Shown: positions 1 to 10,144, counted from the first letter of the stretch. The stretch is 53,241 nt of DNA from a virus (IMGVR_UViG_3300024331_000030:1-53241); one strand, 5' to 3'. The notes: generated by a model not told the origin, from the sequence alone. Translations and numbers: made by a program.

Positions 1-132
1 AGGGCGCTAAAGGTAAAGGTCCCACAGGAACTATGGAAGTAGAACCGTCTATCGAAGGTTAATATGAGTAACATGAATCCTCCCACAAATAACACTGAGT
101 ACATCAATACTCTAGACTATAAAAAGCTAGAG
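1..132. repeat. Terminal direct repeat (circular assembly overlap), copy 1
   Basis: 1-132 is identical to 53110-53241 except at position 6 (g vs t). Confidence 0.95.
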
Positions 133-1935
133 TGGAAGATGACTCAGGTGAAGTCTATTCTTGATGACTTGGTAGATAAGTCTGTCGCCTCTAGAAAGCT
201 CCGGTTCGCGGAGATTGATATAGAGGTGGAGCGAGAAGCCGGGAGGATTCAACCTGATGAGTTGTACATACCTACACACATCATTGATACTAATATACGT
301 CGAGAGCAATCATCGTACATACAGTACATTACTCAATCACCTAGGGCAGTAATCTTGAGAGACCCTAGCGATGCAACAGCTGACTTAGCTAATCTAGAGA
401 GAGACTTAACTGACAAACTACGGTATGACGGTTGGCAGTTAAGTCTCTTCTCTGCTATAGATGCCTTTCAAGCGAATGGCTATTCTATAATGGAAGTTGT
501 ACAAGACCAATCTAAGATTGGTGAGATAGCTCATGAGCATGTCACTATGCAGGATTTTGCTTATGTGGCTGATACTAAAGACTTACAAGCTTGTGAGATG
601 TTAGGTAGGACTTATCACTATACTAGGACTAAACTTCTCGCACTTTGCGGTGACCCAGCTCAACCTAAAGACAGTGATTGGTCAAAGAGTGAAGTAGATA
701 AGATTCTTGAGGGTGAGTCTAATGCTGGTACTAGTGAACCAGAGGAGTCTTCTGAAGATAAAGATAAGTCTCTTTTTAGAGTACAGAAACTAATGTTTCG
801 TGTCAATGGTATTGTACAAGTAGGTTGGGCTTGTATAGGTGTGTGCGATGATTGGGTTCGTAAGCCTCGGCCTTTATACCTTGGTCGTCGGCAGCCTTAT
901 ACTCCACAAGAGATTCAGCGTTTGCAGATGCAGAATCCTCAACAACCTGTAAATCCTACTCTTATACAGAATGGTAAGGTACAGTATGAGACTGCTTATC
1001 CTTATTTCTTGTTTCAGTATCTTATTTCTGAAGATGATACTATCTCTCATCTTAAAGGCCGGATTTTCTTAGACCAAGACTCCCAAGAAGCGGTTAGTAG
1101 TCTCCTCTCTAGCACAGTCACACAAGCTCGTCGTTCTGCTGGCCCCTATTGGGCTAAGAAGGAGAATGACCCTAATGATGATGTACTAATGAAGAAGAAT
1201 GTATACTTCAAGCCTAATTGCTTACTGCCTTCTGGTATAGAGTCCTTTATGATGAAAGCTCCTGAACCCGGTATGTTTCAAGCTATTAATATGCTAGTTG
1301 GTAATAACCAATCTGAGACTAGTCAAGTGAATTTTGCGGAGAGTAATAATCAGAAAGATAGTAGAAAAACTGCTACTGCTGTTAAAGAGTCTAGAGCACA
1401 GAGACAAGAGCTTACTACTGTACAGGTTGTATTGTTTTCTCAAGCCCTTAGAAATCTTTATACCACAATGTGTTCTGTTATTAAGTCACGTGTACTATCT
1501 GGACTACTGCAAGTTAACCCCTCTATATTACCTCTATACTCTCGCACTTTCCAAGTTAAGCCTTCTGGTGACGTGGATGTTATAGAGAAAAGTAATCTCA
1601 TACAAGCTATGATGACTGCTTGGCCTGTAGTGTCACAGACCGGGGCTGCTATACCCTTTTTATGTGATATGTTGGAGAAAGCTTTTCCTGATAATGCTGC
1701 TAAGTATTTACAAGCTATACAACAGCAACAAGCTCAGCAGAGTAATCAGCAAGCTCAACAGATGAAAGAGATGACTGGATTTGCTATGCAGTTAGCACAA
1801 GGGATTGAGGAGTTGGATAAGCATAAGAATTGGTTCTCTGAGGAAGGGCAACTTGCAGCTTATCCTCTTGTACAAAGAGCTAGTATAATGATAGACCAAA
1901 TGAGACAACAAATGAAAGGTACAAAATCACCATGA
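64..1935 (+). CDS. Portal protein (putative)
   Basis: 623 aa; follows the terminase across the circular junction and precedes scaffold/capsid; Gln-rich helical C-terminus as in podovirus portals. Confidence 0.7.
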   Translation: MSNMNPPTNNTEYINTLDYKKLEWKMTQVKSILDDLVDKSVASRKLRFAEIDIEVEREAGRIQPDELYIPTHIIDTNIRREQSSYIQYITQSPRAVILRDPSDATADLANLERDLTDKLRYDGWQLSLFSAIDAFQANGYSIMEVVQDQSKIGEIAHEHVTMQDFAYVADTKDLQACEMLGRTYHYTRTKLLALCGDPAQPKDSDWSKSEVDKILEGESNAGTSEPEESSEDKDKSLFRVQKLMFRVNGIVQVGWACIGVCDDWVRKPRPLYLGRRQPYTPQEIQRLQMQNPQQPVNPTLIQNGKVQYETAYPYFLFQYLISEDDTISHLKGRIFLDQDSQEAVSSLLSSTVTQARRSAGPYWAKKENDPNDDVLMKKNVYFKPNCLLPSGIESFMMKAPEPGMFQAINMLVGNNQSETSQVNFAESNNQKDSRKTATAVKESRAQRQELTTVQVVLFSQALRNLYTTMCSVIKSRVLSGLLQVNPSILPLYSRTFQVKPSGDVDVIEKSNLIQAMMTAWPVVSQTGAAIPFLCDMLEKAFPDNAAKYLQAIQQQQAQQSNQQAQQMKEMTGFAMQLAQGIEELDKHKNWFSEEGQLAAYPLVQRASIMIDQMRQQMKGTKSP

Positions 1936-2219
1936 CACCCCAACAGATTAAGCAGCAAGAAGAGTTACAAAGACTACAAACTAAACTACATGTTGACTGG
2001 TTAAAGCATCCTGTAACTCAAGACTTTGTTAAGGTGCTTTATGCTAGGAGAGATAATCAAGTTAAAGAACTACAAGATGGTATTCTATCATCTAGTGATG
2101 AAAAGAAAGAGATAAAATATAGAGCAAGCATACAAGCAATGGTAGCAGATATAGTTATAGCAACAGATACTATAATATTCGTACAAGAACTCAACAAACT
2201 AACACCCAACAACCAATAA
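1932..2219 (+). CDS. Small helical head-module protein
   Basis: ATGA overlap with the portal; 95 aa. Confidence 0.7.
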   Translation: MTPQQIKQQEELQRLQTKLHVDWLKHPVTQDFVKVLYARRDNQVKELQDGILSSSDEKKEIKYRASIQAMVADIVIATDTIIFVQELNKLTPNNQ

Positions 2220-2226
2220 GATAATT

Positions 2227-3456
2227 ATGGCAATCGAACTAGACAAACTCCCCAAAGATGAAAAGTCCGGACTTCCAGTAGTACAAGCTCCCACTAAAGG
2301 TAACACTAATATAGTAATCCCTGAAAAAGTATCAGCCTCCACCTTTATAGATGAGTTTGAAGTGGAACAGTTACCTGAGCAAGGTAAGGCAGAAGACCTT
2401 GCTAAAGGTACTACTAAGGTAGAGGATAAGAAGGGTGAACCGGCGCAGCCGGCTCTTGAGACTGTTGACCAGAAGACTGAAAAGGCCGATGAGAACGTAG
2501 AAGATAAGAAGGAAGAAACTACTAAGGTCAATTCTCTCGATAAGATTCTAAAGAAGCCGGGGCAGAAGAAAGACGAGACAATTAAGCCAGAAGACAAGAA
2601 GACAGATGAAACTATTAAGCCTATTGTTCCATCTAAGACTACTAGGGATTATACAGGATTCTCTCCTGAAGAAGTGACAGCTCTTAAAGGTATGTCTAAT
2701 GAAGGTTTTGCTTATGCTGTTAAGATGCGTAAGGAGAATCAAGAGTTGGCTAAGTTACGGGATACTACTTACTTGCAGCATGAGAAAGCTTATACTCTTA
2801 CTCCGGAATATCAAGAACTCTCACAGACTACTCGTCTTGCGAACTTTGAGACTAAGTATTGGAATGAACAGTTGATAGCTATGGATGCTGGTAAGGATTT
2901 GATTCCTCTTAAGGGTTATGATACTCGTACCGGACAACCTGTCTTTGGGGAACCTCTTAAACCTTCTAAGCAGCTAGAAGAAGAAGTTCGTCAGGCGATG
3001 TATGATGCTAGTAACTTAGTAAGGACTAATCAAGCTAAGCTGTCTGAATTCCCGCAACGCTACAAGTCTACAATCCAACAGGAATTATCTAACATAGAAA
3101 ACTATAGAAAGTCTCAATTCGGTTGGGTAGCTGACCCTACTATGTTGGACTATACTATGGATATAGGCGGTAAGGAAAAGTCTCTTAAGCAGATTAGAGA
3201 GGATGTAATTTCTATGGTTCCACCAGCTTTAAGGAACAATCCTCTTGTTGGTGTTCTAGGTGACCTTGTGATAGCTGTTCAAATACAGAAAGCTCAGCTA
3301 TCGGCCTATGAATCTACCAATACAGTAGCCAAGACTAAAGAGGAAGAGACTGAACTTGTAGAACCTTCATCTAAAGATAAGCCTATAAGTAAGGGTTCTA
3401 AAGATGAAGAAGTACATGGTATGAAAGAATTTAAGATAGACCCAATGCTTGTATGA
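2227..3456 (+). CDS. Capsid scaffolding protein (putative)
   Basis: Highly charged E/K-rich disordered and coiled-coil protein between portal and capsid. Confidence 0.6.
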   Translation: MAIELDKLPKDEKSGLPVVQAPTKGNTNIVIPEKVSASTFIDEFEVEQLPEQGKAEDLAKGTTKVEDKKGEPAQPALETVDQKTEKADENVEDKKEETTKVNSLDKILKKPGQKKDETIKPEDKKTDETIKPIVPSKTTRDYTGFSPEEVTALKGMSNEGFAYAVKMRKENQELAKLRDTTYLQHEKAYTLTPEYQELSQTTRLANFETKYWNEQLIAMDAGKDLIPLKGYDTRTGQPVFGEPLKPSKQLEEEVRQAMYDASNLVRTNQAKLSEFPQRYKSTIQQELSNIENYRKSQFGWVADPTMLDYTMDIGGKEKSLKQIREDVISMVPPALRNNPLVGVLGDLVIAVQIQKAQLSAYESTNTVAKTKEEETELVEPSSKDKPISKGSKDEEVHGMKEFKIDPMLV

Positions 3457-3917
3457 CTAATGACTATACACAAGAAGATATAGATAGATTCTGGGAGAAA
3501 GTAAATAAAACAGAATCTTGTTGGTTATGGACTGGAGGTAAAAGTACACAAGGTTATGGTGTCTTTAGGTATCATGGCCCCTACATATATTCTCACAGAT
3601 TCTCCTATCTTTTAAAGGATAAGGAATATGACCAAAGTTTATGTGTATTGCATTCTTGTGATAAGCCTTCTTGTGTAAACCCTGACCACTTATTCTTAGG
3701 AACGCAGAAAGAAAATATGCAAGATAAGTTAAATAAAAATAGACAGGCTAAAGGGCTTAGTATAAGTGGAGTTCTTACTGAAGAAGATGCATTAAGTATA
3801 ATTGATTTATATAAGCAAGGTAACACACAAAGATATATAAGTTCACTTTTTAATATCAATCAAAGTCAAGTAAGTAAAATTGTTAGTGGTAGTAGATGGG
3901 GGCATCTTAAAAGATAG
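3453..3917 (+). CDS. HNH homing endonuclease with C-terminal HTH
   Basis: CWLWTG...GYG...HRFSY...VLHSCDKPSCVNPDHL...EN motif; C-terminal TQRYISSLFNINQSQVSKI HTH. Confidence 0.92.
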   Translation: MTNDYTQEDIDRFWEKVNKTESCWLWTGGKSTQGYGVFRYHGPYIYSHRFSYLLKDKEYDQSLCVLHSCDKPSCVNPDHLFLGTQKENMQDKLNKNRQAKGLSISGVLTEEDALSIIDLYKQGNTQRYISSLFNINQSQVSKIVSGSRWGHLKR

Positions 3918-3920
3918 ATA

Positions 3921-3938
3921 TTGGCACGAGAAATGCTA
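3921..3938 (+). promoter_or_regulatory. sigma54 (-24/-12) promoter upstream of the major capsid gene
   Basis: TTGGCACGAGAAATGCTA, GG-N10-GC, intergenic. Confidence 0.88.
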
Positions 3939-3956
3939 TAGTAGAGTTGCTACTAC

Positions 3957-4002
3957 AGCACAAGGGCATGTGTATCGCTTCTTTAGCACAAGGGCATGTG
4001 TA
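3957..4002 (+). repeat. 18-bp direct repeat x2 (AGCACAAGGGCATGTGTA) in the capsid 5' leader
   Basis: Exact copies at 3957-3974 and 3985-4002. Confidence 0.9.
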
Positions 4003-4044
4003 CAATGTAACCGCTCTATAATAGAGCATAACTACTATATTCTT

Positions 4045-5373
4045 GTGCCTGTATTTTATAACCAGCCTGCCGTTTTCGGCAACGCTACTGTAGAAGATGT
4101 GAATAAGTTTAATTCACTCCCCTTCTATCTTGTTCGTAATGAAGTTAAACAGTTTCCAATCTGGTCAGTCTTTGACCAACTCTACGGTGAGATAGATTGG
4201 CAAGCTAATGAAGGTAACACTATGAAGGGTGTTACTCCTCAGCGTTCACCTGTTAGTCGCTCCTTCTTCTTCCCTAACGCTATTACACAAGTCCCCAATA
4301 AGGATGTGTATACTGTTACGGAATCTGTTGAACAGACTCAGCTCTACATGCACGACTATGAGTCCTTCCAGTTCAACTTCCTCCCCTCGTTTGTAGTATT
4401 CTGGAAGAACTACTTGCAGTTCGCTAATGCTGATATTGTTCGTCAGATTGCTGTCTCGAACAATCAGTTCATTGAGACGAACATGTACTACAATTCTCCA
4501 TATTACTATATTGCGGGTGTTGGTCTTCAGTATGGTGCTCCTACTACTATGGGTAATGATGCTGGTACTGCTGCTGGGTCTAAGACTGCACAGTGGTTGG
4601 TTGGTGTTACCAATGGTCAAGGAGGTGTCTCTGGTATCAATGTTAATGGATTGCGTTTGCGGGATGTATTCAATGCATTCATGAATCTCCAAGAAGACCT
4701 TGCTGCTCCGGCCTTTGGTGGTTCTAAGAACATGCCTAAGGATAATGATGGTTTGAAGGAGAAGTACGTTGTTCTATTGTCTTCTGAAGACTTCCTTAAC
4801 TTCACCTTTGACCCTGATGTTATTAACAAACTTCAAGGTCTTGCTCCTTGTGACTTGAATCTACTGTTCAATGACTTTAAGGGTCTTCTCTTTGGGTTCT
4901 TGACCTGCAAGATTAATAAGTACCCTATCCGTTACAATACTATAGACATTACTACGCCGGATGGTCTTACTGTTATCTATAAGGCTGGTACTCCTATTGC
5001 TCCTGAAATCTTTGATGCTACGGACAATAAGTGGAAACCTAATCCGTACTATACTTCTCGTATTAGCGCTCCTTACACTATTAGCTGGATTCTTGGTGCT
5101 GACAGGGCTAAGACTGTTAAGGTTGGGCCTCCGCCGAAAGAGTTTGCAGCTGTTAATATGAGTGCTAAGAAGTTCTACTCTATGAGATGGAATGGTGAAG
5201 TTCAGTTGACTGACCAAGTTCTTATCTTTGATGCGAACAATGTTCCTTCACTAAACGTCTATGGTAAGCAGTTGAAGTTTATCTCTGAGCTTACTCATGG
5301 TTACTTGGAAGGTGAACGTCGTTATGCCTTCCCAATTTTTAGCAAACGTACTCGTCCTGCTAATGTGGCTTAA
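4045..5373 (+). CDS. Major capsid protein (putative; GTG start at 4045 rather than ORF-track 3880)
   Basis: ~442 aa after the scaffold; own promoter; strongly biased high-expression codons; the ORF-track extension runs through the promoter and leader. Confidence 0.72.
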   Translation: MPVFYNQPAVFGNATVEDVNKFNSLPFYLVRNEVKQFPIWSVFDQLYGEIDWQANEGNTMKGVTPQRSPVSRSFFFPNAITQVPNKDVYTVTESVEQTQLYMHDYESFQFNFLPSFVVFWKNYLQFANADIVRQIAVSNNQFIETNMYYNSPYYYIAGVGLQYGAPTTMGNDAGTAAGSKTAQWLVGVTNGQGGVSGINVNGLRLRDVFNAFMNLQEDLAAPAFGGSKNMPKDNDGLKEKYVVLLSSEDFLNFTFDPDVINKLQGLAPCDLNLLFNDFKGLLFGFLTCKINKYPIRYNTIDITTPDGLTVIYKAGTPIAPEIFDATDNKWKPNPYYTSRISAPYTISWILGADRAKTVKVGPPPKEFAAVNMSAKKFYSMRWNGEVQLTDQVLIFDANNVPSLNVYGKQLKFISELTHGYLEGERRYAFPIFSKRTRPANVA

Positions 5374-5393
5374 TCATTAATATAATCAAACAT

Positions 5394-5927
5394 ATGAAGA
5401 AAATACTTCTTATCTCTCTCATCAGTGCTGTTAGTCTTATCTCTAAAGCTGATACTGCATCTGTTAACTCATTGCCGGGCACTATGACTAATATCTTTAC
5501 AGGGTATGGTGTAGTAACTACTATTACTGTTACTAGTCTTACCAGTACTAACACACAAGGTTTGTTGGTTGATGCTCCGACTAATTCATTGGGTTATGCT
5601 ACTCTTGCATATACTAATGTTCTGTCGTATATCACTAATCTTACTACCAATCCGGGCGGTGGTGGTATGCAACCTAATTACACAAACTATTTTGGTGTTG
5701 TAACTACACTCACTAATAGTTCTGGTAATTTGTTTGTTCTTGTGGATGTTACTAACAGTGTTCCCGCTGCTAGTAATAACTGGGTTACTTATGGTATTGG
5801 TAGTGCCGGTAGTGCTAGTACTACTATCCCATCTGCGAACATCAATATTATTCGTGGTCTGTGGTTTACCAATACGTCTTCGGGTACCGGCCCTTCGACT
5901 ATCTCTGTGACGTATCGTAAGCAGTAA
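5394..5927 (+). CDS. Thr/Asn-rich protein with Sec-type signal peptide, co-transcribed with the capsid gene
   Basis: MKKILLISLISAVSLISKA N-terminus; lies before the terminator at 5939. Confidence 0.75.
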   Translation: MKKILLISLISAVSLISKADTASVNSLPGTMTNIFTGYGVVTTITVTSLTSTNTQGLLVDAPTNSLGYATLAYTNVLSYITNLTTNPGGGGMQPNYTNYFGVVTTLTNSSGNLFVLVDVTNSVPAASNNWVTYGIGSAGSASTTIPSANINIIRGLWFTNTSSGTGPSTISVTYRKQ

Positions 5928-5938
5928 GTCTCTTAATT

Positions 5939-5980
5939 GGAGAGTACTAGTTATTTATACTAGTACTCTCCTTTCTCTTA
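5939..5980 (+). terminator. Rho-independent terminator
   Basis: 13-bp perfect stem GGAGAGTACTAGT/ACTAGTACTCTCC followed by TTTCTCTT. Confidence 0.8.
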
Positions 5981-5989
5981 TTAACCAAT

Positions 5990-6319
5990 ATGTTAAGAAC
6001 TATTTCAACCTGCGAGAAGAATTTGGTACCTCTTCCCGCCAATGCTATTAATGTACCAGATAGTGTTTCTACTGTTGTAATCGTTGATTACAGAAAAGTA
6101 GCTCAATTTGCTCATGAGATAGCTTCTATAACTTTGCAGAATGTGGGAGGGAATAAAGCTTATATTGCTTTTGGTCAAGATGCTGATGCTACAACTGCTT
6201 ATCATAAGATGATAGACGTTGGTCAAGAGTTAGCTATTCCTCTTGTTTGTCAGGTCTCTTGTTTCTCACCCGGTGGTACTATTATTGCTCCTTGTGTTTT
6301 ACAGCGCGTAGGATATTGA
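5990..6319 (+). CDS. Small beta-rich virion protein (putative)
   Basis: 109 aa; ITLQNVGGNKAYIAFG beta-sandwich pattern. Confidence 0.6.
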   Translation: MLRTISTCEKNLVPLPANAINVPDSVSTVVIVDYRKVAQFAHEIASITLQNVGGNKAYIAFGQDADATTAYHKMIDVGQELAIPLVCQVSCFSPGGTIIAPCVLQRVGY

Positions 6320-6324
6320 CGTAT

Positions 6325-8157
6325 ATGTTTAAATATCTTTCTATACTTTGTTTGTCTAGTACTTTAACTTTTGCGGGTTCTGGTAATCTCCTGCAACCTA
6401 CTATAGCAGGTGGTAGCGCTAGCAGTACTTTTACTATAGTGACAAACACTGCTGGTGCTTCCGGTTTTTCAGACCTCGCTGTTGTCTCTAGTACAAACTA
6501 TTTAGGTTCCCTTAAAACTGGTACAAGAGTATTCGGCCCTTGGCTTGGTACGGATTATGTACAACAAGCAGTTAATGTTATTTTTAGCCCAACTAATAAT
6601 TTACTTATTGCTGGCGGTAGTATAAAAATTATTGGCGATAACTACATGCCAAACACTTTAGTGCTTTCAAATGGCATAGCTAATGGGCTTAAAAGTTTTA
6701 ATTTGTATGCTGAATCTTACAGGGCAGGGGCATTGATTTGTGCTACGAACCCATGCATTAGAGTTATTGGTGGTAATTATTTGTTAAACGGTAACACAAG
6801 AAATAACTCTATGTTTGAAATGCACAATCTTACTGTAGCCTCTATCCCAAATCAAACGACCAATCTGTTTGAAATGATTAATGGATTTGACAAGTTTAAT
6901 ATAACAGAGAATCATTTTGGTTGCTGGTACAATATCACTAATGATGGTGTTGGCGCCGGGTTTTCTTGGCCTGCTGGTACAGGAGCTGGCAATTTAGTGG
7001 TGTATATAAGAGGATTCTTTAATGGTATTTGTGAATTTTGCGGTAATAATATGATACAGATATGTGCTGTAGATATCAATGTTGACCATTTATATACTGC
7101 TCAGAACTTTTTTAATACCTGCGGAAATAATTGTAATAATGCAGCATTTGTTAATGATTGGGCAACTGGCCCCTACATGATAGGTGGCTCTTTTATGTTA
7201 GGACAAGGTACCAATAATAGTAACGGTGATGTTGTATCAGTTGATGATTATTTTTGGGATTGTGGTGGCTCTTTTTGTCTACTGGGACAAACAGCTCTTA
7301 CAACTTTTGGGACTCAATATGAAGGTATGAATGGACAACCTTCTATTCTTGCTACCAATTTTGTTAATTTTAATACGGTATTTACAGCACAGATAAATAA
7401 TGCTAGAAATTATGATGGAAAAGTATGGACAGTTAATAGTGATTATTCTGTAGGAGCTTCTTATTTTAATAATGGTGTATTACAAGCTTCTAGGACAGGT
7501 ACACAAGGAGCTACACCCAATGCCAATAATTGGATTGTAAGAAGTAATATAACTTCCATTTCAATGTCAAATAGTTTTCTTAATGTACCAAGTTCTTTAG
7601 TTTCTTATTATATTTCTGGAACAAATAATAATGGATTAGAGGTAGTGGTTACTAATGCTTCCCCTTCAGCTTGGTCAGGTTTCACTGCTCAAGCTGACAA
7701 TGGTAATAATACCGGCCCAACTAATTATGTAGGCATGTATGAGAATAATTCTCGCTATGTTCCTAGCACAACTGTTGTAGGCTCTACTAATGATGGTGTA
7801 ATAGAAATGTCTGGTGGTAATCTGTTTGTTGATATGATAGGGCCTAATAAACACTTCTATATTAACTCACGTCCAACATATCTTAGTACTACAGTTACTA
7901 ATATTGATGTTAGTCCTACTAACGCTAACTTTTATGTGCCTATTATGGTACTCAGCAATCCCGCTTTCCAGCAAACTAATGTTCAACTCTCAGCAGCTAC
8001 TACCTTTACTTGGCAATTTGGTAAGGCATATGCTGACACTAACTATACCGCTATATGCTGTACTAACTTTATACCGGGTGCTTTTACTACAACTAGTGCT
8101 ACTTTTAACTTTCCTACATTTACAGGAAAACTTCAGTTGATAGCCATACATCAATAA
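6325..8157 (+). CDS. Beta-helix-like Asn/Gly/Thr-rich protein with signal peptide (start 6325)
   Basis: MFKYLSILCLSSTLTFA N-terminus; repetitive beta-strand composition. Confidence 0.6.
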   Translation: MFKYLSILCLSSTLTFAGSGNLLQPTIAGGSASSTFTIVTNTAGASGFSDLAVVSSTNYLGSLKTGTRVFGPWLGTDYVQQAVNVIFSPTNNLLIAGGSIKIIGDNYMPNTLVLSNGIANGLKSFNLYAESYRAGALICATNPCIRVIGGNYLLNGNTRNNSMFEMHNLTVASIPNQTTNLFEMINGFDKFNITENHFGCWYNITNDGVGAGFSWPAGTGAGNLVVYIRGFFNGICEFCGNNMIQICAVDINVDHLYTAQNFFNTCGNNCNNAAFVNDWATGPYMIGGSFMLGQGTNNSNGDVVSVDDYFWDCGGSFCLLGQTALTTFGTQYEGMNGQPSILATNFVNFNTVFTAQINNARNYDGKVWTVNSDYSVGASYFNNGVLQASRTGTQGATPNANNWIVRSNITSISMSNSFLNVPSSLVSYYISGTNNNGLEVVVTNASPSAWSGFTAQADNGNNTGPTNYVGMYENNSRYVPSTTVVGSTNDGVIEMSGGNLFVDMIGPNKHFYINSRPTYLSTTVTNIDVSPTNANFYVPIMVLSNPAFQQTNVQLSAATTFTWQFGKAYADTNYTAICCTNFIPGAFTTTSATFNFPTFTGKLQLIAIHQ

Positions 8158-8164
8158 GTTTACT

Positions 8165-8557
8165 ATGAACGAAACTTGGGCACAAATACTCTTAGGTCTT
8201 TGTTGTACTGCTGTCTTTGGTATTATAGGTAGTGGAGCAGTATGTGTGATTAATGGTGCCTCTAGATTATCTAGAGTAGAAGCTTCTGTTGAATTCTTGA
8301 TAGATGCTACAGGACGTTTAGCAGCTAAGAAACTACACTCTCCTGATGACCATTTAGGTATAGATTTCTATCTTGATGAATATATAAAGAATCATCATGA
8401 TATGTCTATGATACAATGGCAGGAGTTTAAAGAGATATGTAAGATGACTAGAGCTAATACTACAGCTTCTAAAGAAGAAAAGGCTTATGCTGAATTCCTT
8501 ATTGAACTGTGCGAACACAAATTAGGAGCTTATCAACCAAAGAAAACTTTGATATGA
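8165..8557 (+). CDS. Membrane-anchored protein, lysis block
   Basis: N-terminal hydrophobic helix followed by a soluble helical domain. Confidence 0.65.
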   Translation: MNETWAQILLGLCCTAVFGIIGSGAVCVINGASRLSRVEASVEFLIDATGRLAAKKLHSPDDHLGIDFYLDEYIKNHHDMSMIQWQEFKEICKMTRANTTASKEEKAYAEFLIELCEHKLGAYQPKKTLI

Positions 8558-8931
8558 GCATCAAGAAATTTAAAGACTGGTCATCTTGGTGGGAAGGTCT
8601 TCGTACATCAATGATTAAAGCTGGTGCTACTTCTGTAGTTACTAACTTGACAGTCTTTACTACAACCAACACAGTTAACTCTATTGGAATTCCCGGTTTT
8701 TCAGACTCTGGTGAGCATTGGAAGACTGCTCTTATAGGTTTGTGTGCACAATTTATACTCCACACAGTCTATGCTGCAGCTACCTATGTACAAGCTAATC
8801 CTGATGCCCAAGTAGTAACAGAGGAGACTAATACTACACATATTGTAAAGAATGATGATGGTTCTACTCTTGAGACTGGTGCAAGTAAAACTATCAAAAC
8901 AACTGTAACACCAGTAGAACCACCTAAATAA
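8554..8931 (+). CDS. Putative holin-like membrane protein (start 8554)
   Basis: ATGA overlap with the upstream gene; hydrophobic segments; position. Confidence 0.5.
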   Translation: MSIKKFKDWSSWWEGLRTSMIKAGATSVVTNLTVFTTTNTVNSIGIPGFSDSGEHWKTALIGLCAQFILHTVYAAATYVQANPDAQVVTEETNTTHIVKNDDGSTLETGASKTIKTTVTPVEPPK

Positions 8932-8933
8932 CT

Positions 8934-9065
8934 ATGTCTAACAATGTCCATGTCATTCTTCCTGTAATCGCTCTAGTACTTGCTGTTGCTGGGATTATCA
9001 AACCAGTATACCCTTTGGTTGCAGTTGCAGTTATTCTCCTTGCTATAAATGAACTAATTAAATAA
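8934..9065 (+). CDS. 43-aa two-TM protein (holin-like), not in the ORF track
   Basis: MSNNVHVILPVIALVLAVAGIIKPVYPLVAVAVILLAINELIK fills the gap exactly. Confidence 0.7.
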   Translation: MSNNVHVILPVIALVLAVAGIIKPVYPLVAVAVILLAINELIK

Positions 9066-9072
9066 CAAAACT

Positions 9073-9384
9073 ATGAAATCATTATTCCTTATCCCTCTCT
9101 TTCTTACAGGCTGTGTCATGGTTCCTAAGACTACTATAGTAGGTTCTATAGGTAATCAACCTTTCTCTCTCTCTAGTCCTAAAGACTCCTCTCTTGCAGG
9201 TCTTGATATTACTGCTAGTACAAATGGTACTATCCACTTGCACATAGACACTCTCCAAGCTCGCATGAATCCTGATGTTATCACCACTACAGGAGCCGCG
9301 CAAGCTCAAGTTATACAGGCGGCTGCTCAAGCTGGTGCTATGATAGCAGGTCAGGTTGCTGGTGCGGCTGTGAAGACTCCATAA
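9073..9384 (+). CDS. Lipoprotein (spanin-like position)
   Basis: Signal peptide with lipobox LTGC. Confidence 0.75.
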   Translation: MKSLFLIPLFLTGCVMVPKTTIVGSIGNQPFSLSSPKDSSLAGLDITASTNGTIHLHIDTLQARMNPDVITTTGAAQAQVIQAAAQAGAMIAGQVAGAAVKTP

Positions 9385-9393
9385 TAGACAGTT

Positions 9394-9735
9394 ATGAGAA
9401 ACCCAATATCAGTAGTTACTAAAGCCATATCAGAGATTGGCAAGAAGCGCTCTGATAAGTGGCCTGAAGTTCGTAAAGCTTGGTTAGAACAACATCCTAC
9501 TTGTGCTGCTTGTGGTGGAACACTTAATGTTGAAGTACATCACATAGTAGCATTTCACCTTCATCCTGAGTTAGAGTTAGACCCTTCTAACTTTATAACT
9601 CTTTGTGAACCTATTGGCATAGAACATCATTTGAAAGTGGGTCATACAGTTAACGGTAAATCTTCTTGGAAGATTAATAATACTTCTGTTAGAGAAGATG
9701 CACAGAGAATGTTAATAGCTAGCATGAAACATTGA
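9394..9735 (+). CDS. Small HNH endonuclease
   Basis: CAACG...EVHHI...NFITLC...HH. Confidence 0.85.
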   Translation: MRNPISVVTKAISEIGKKRSDKWPEVRKAWLEQHPTCAACGGTLNVEVHHIVAFHLHPELELDPSNFITLCEPIGIEHHLKVGHTVNGKSSWKINNTSVREDAQRMLIASMKH

Positions 9736-9736
9736 T

Positions 9737-10144
9737 ATGCCTTTTATTAATACAACTTTAGATGTTCGTACAGGTAATGGTCTTAATGATATATTACTTG
9801 AAACATTAGAGTATGTTACAAAGGCTGGTATTCATTACCGCGCGCCTATTGGTGGTACTACTGATGGTCTTAGTGTTCCACGTTGCGTACAGAACATCAT
9901 ACCCGCAACAGGTGGTGATTGGTTTTCTGGTGTTCTACACGACTCTGCTTACAGAAATCAATTAGAAGTCTTGGTCGATAGTGTTTGGATTAAAGCTCGT
10001 TTAACTAAAGATGTTTGTGATTTACTTTTGTTGGAAGCTTTACTATCACAAGATGTTTCTGAGTTAGAAGCATATGCCATATACAATGCTGTTAAAGTTT
10101 GTGGTGACAAAGCCTTTAATGAAGACCGTTTAGCTAACCCTTAA
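9737..10144 (+). CDS. DUF1353-like protein
   Basis: TDGLSVP and VLHDSAY motifs, then D..L.EAL...Y.AV. Confidence 0.75.
   Translation: MPFINTTLDVRTGNGLNDILLETLEYVTKAGIHYRAPIGGTTDGLSVPRCVQNIIPATGGDWFSGVLHDSAYRNQLEVLVDSVWIKARLTKDVCDLLLLEALLSQDVSELEAYAIYNAVKVCGDKAFNEDRLANP

Noticed and set aside
1-132. Terminal repeat as true virion DTR ends
   Set aside because: It cuts through coding sequence and its length is close to an assembler k-mer, so a circular overlap is more likely
3957-4002. Direct repeats as a mini-CRISPR array
   Set aside because: Only two 18-bp copies with a 10-bp gap, and no cas context
3880-4044. ORF-track N-terminal extension of the capsid protein
   Set aside because: It overlaps the HNH gene end, the promoter and the repeat leader; the GTG at 4045 fits better
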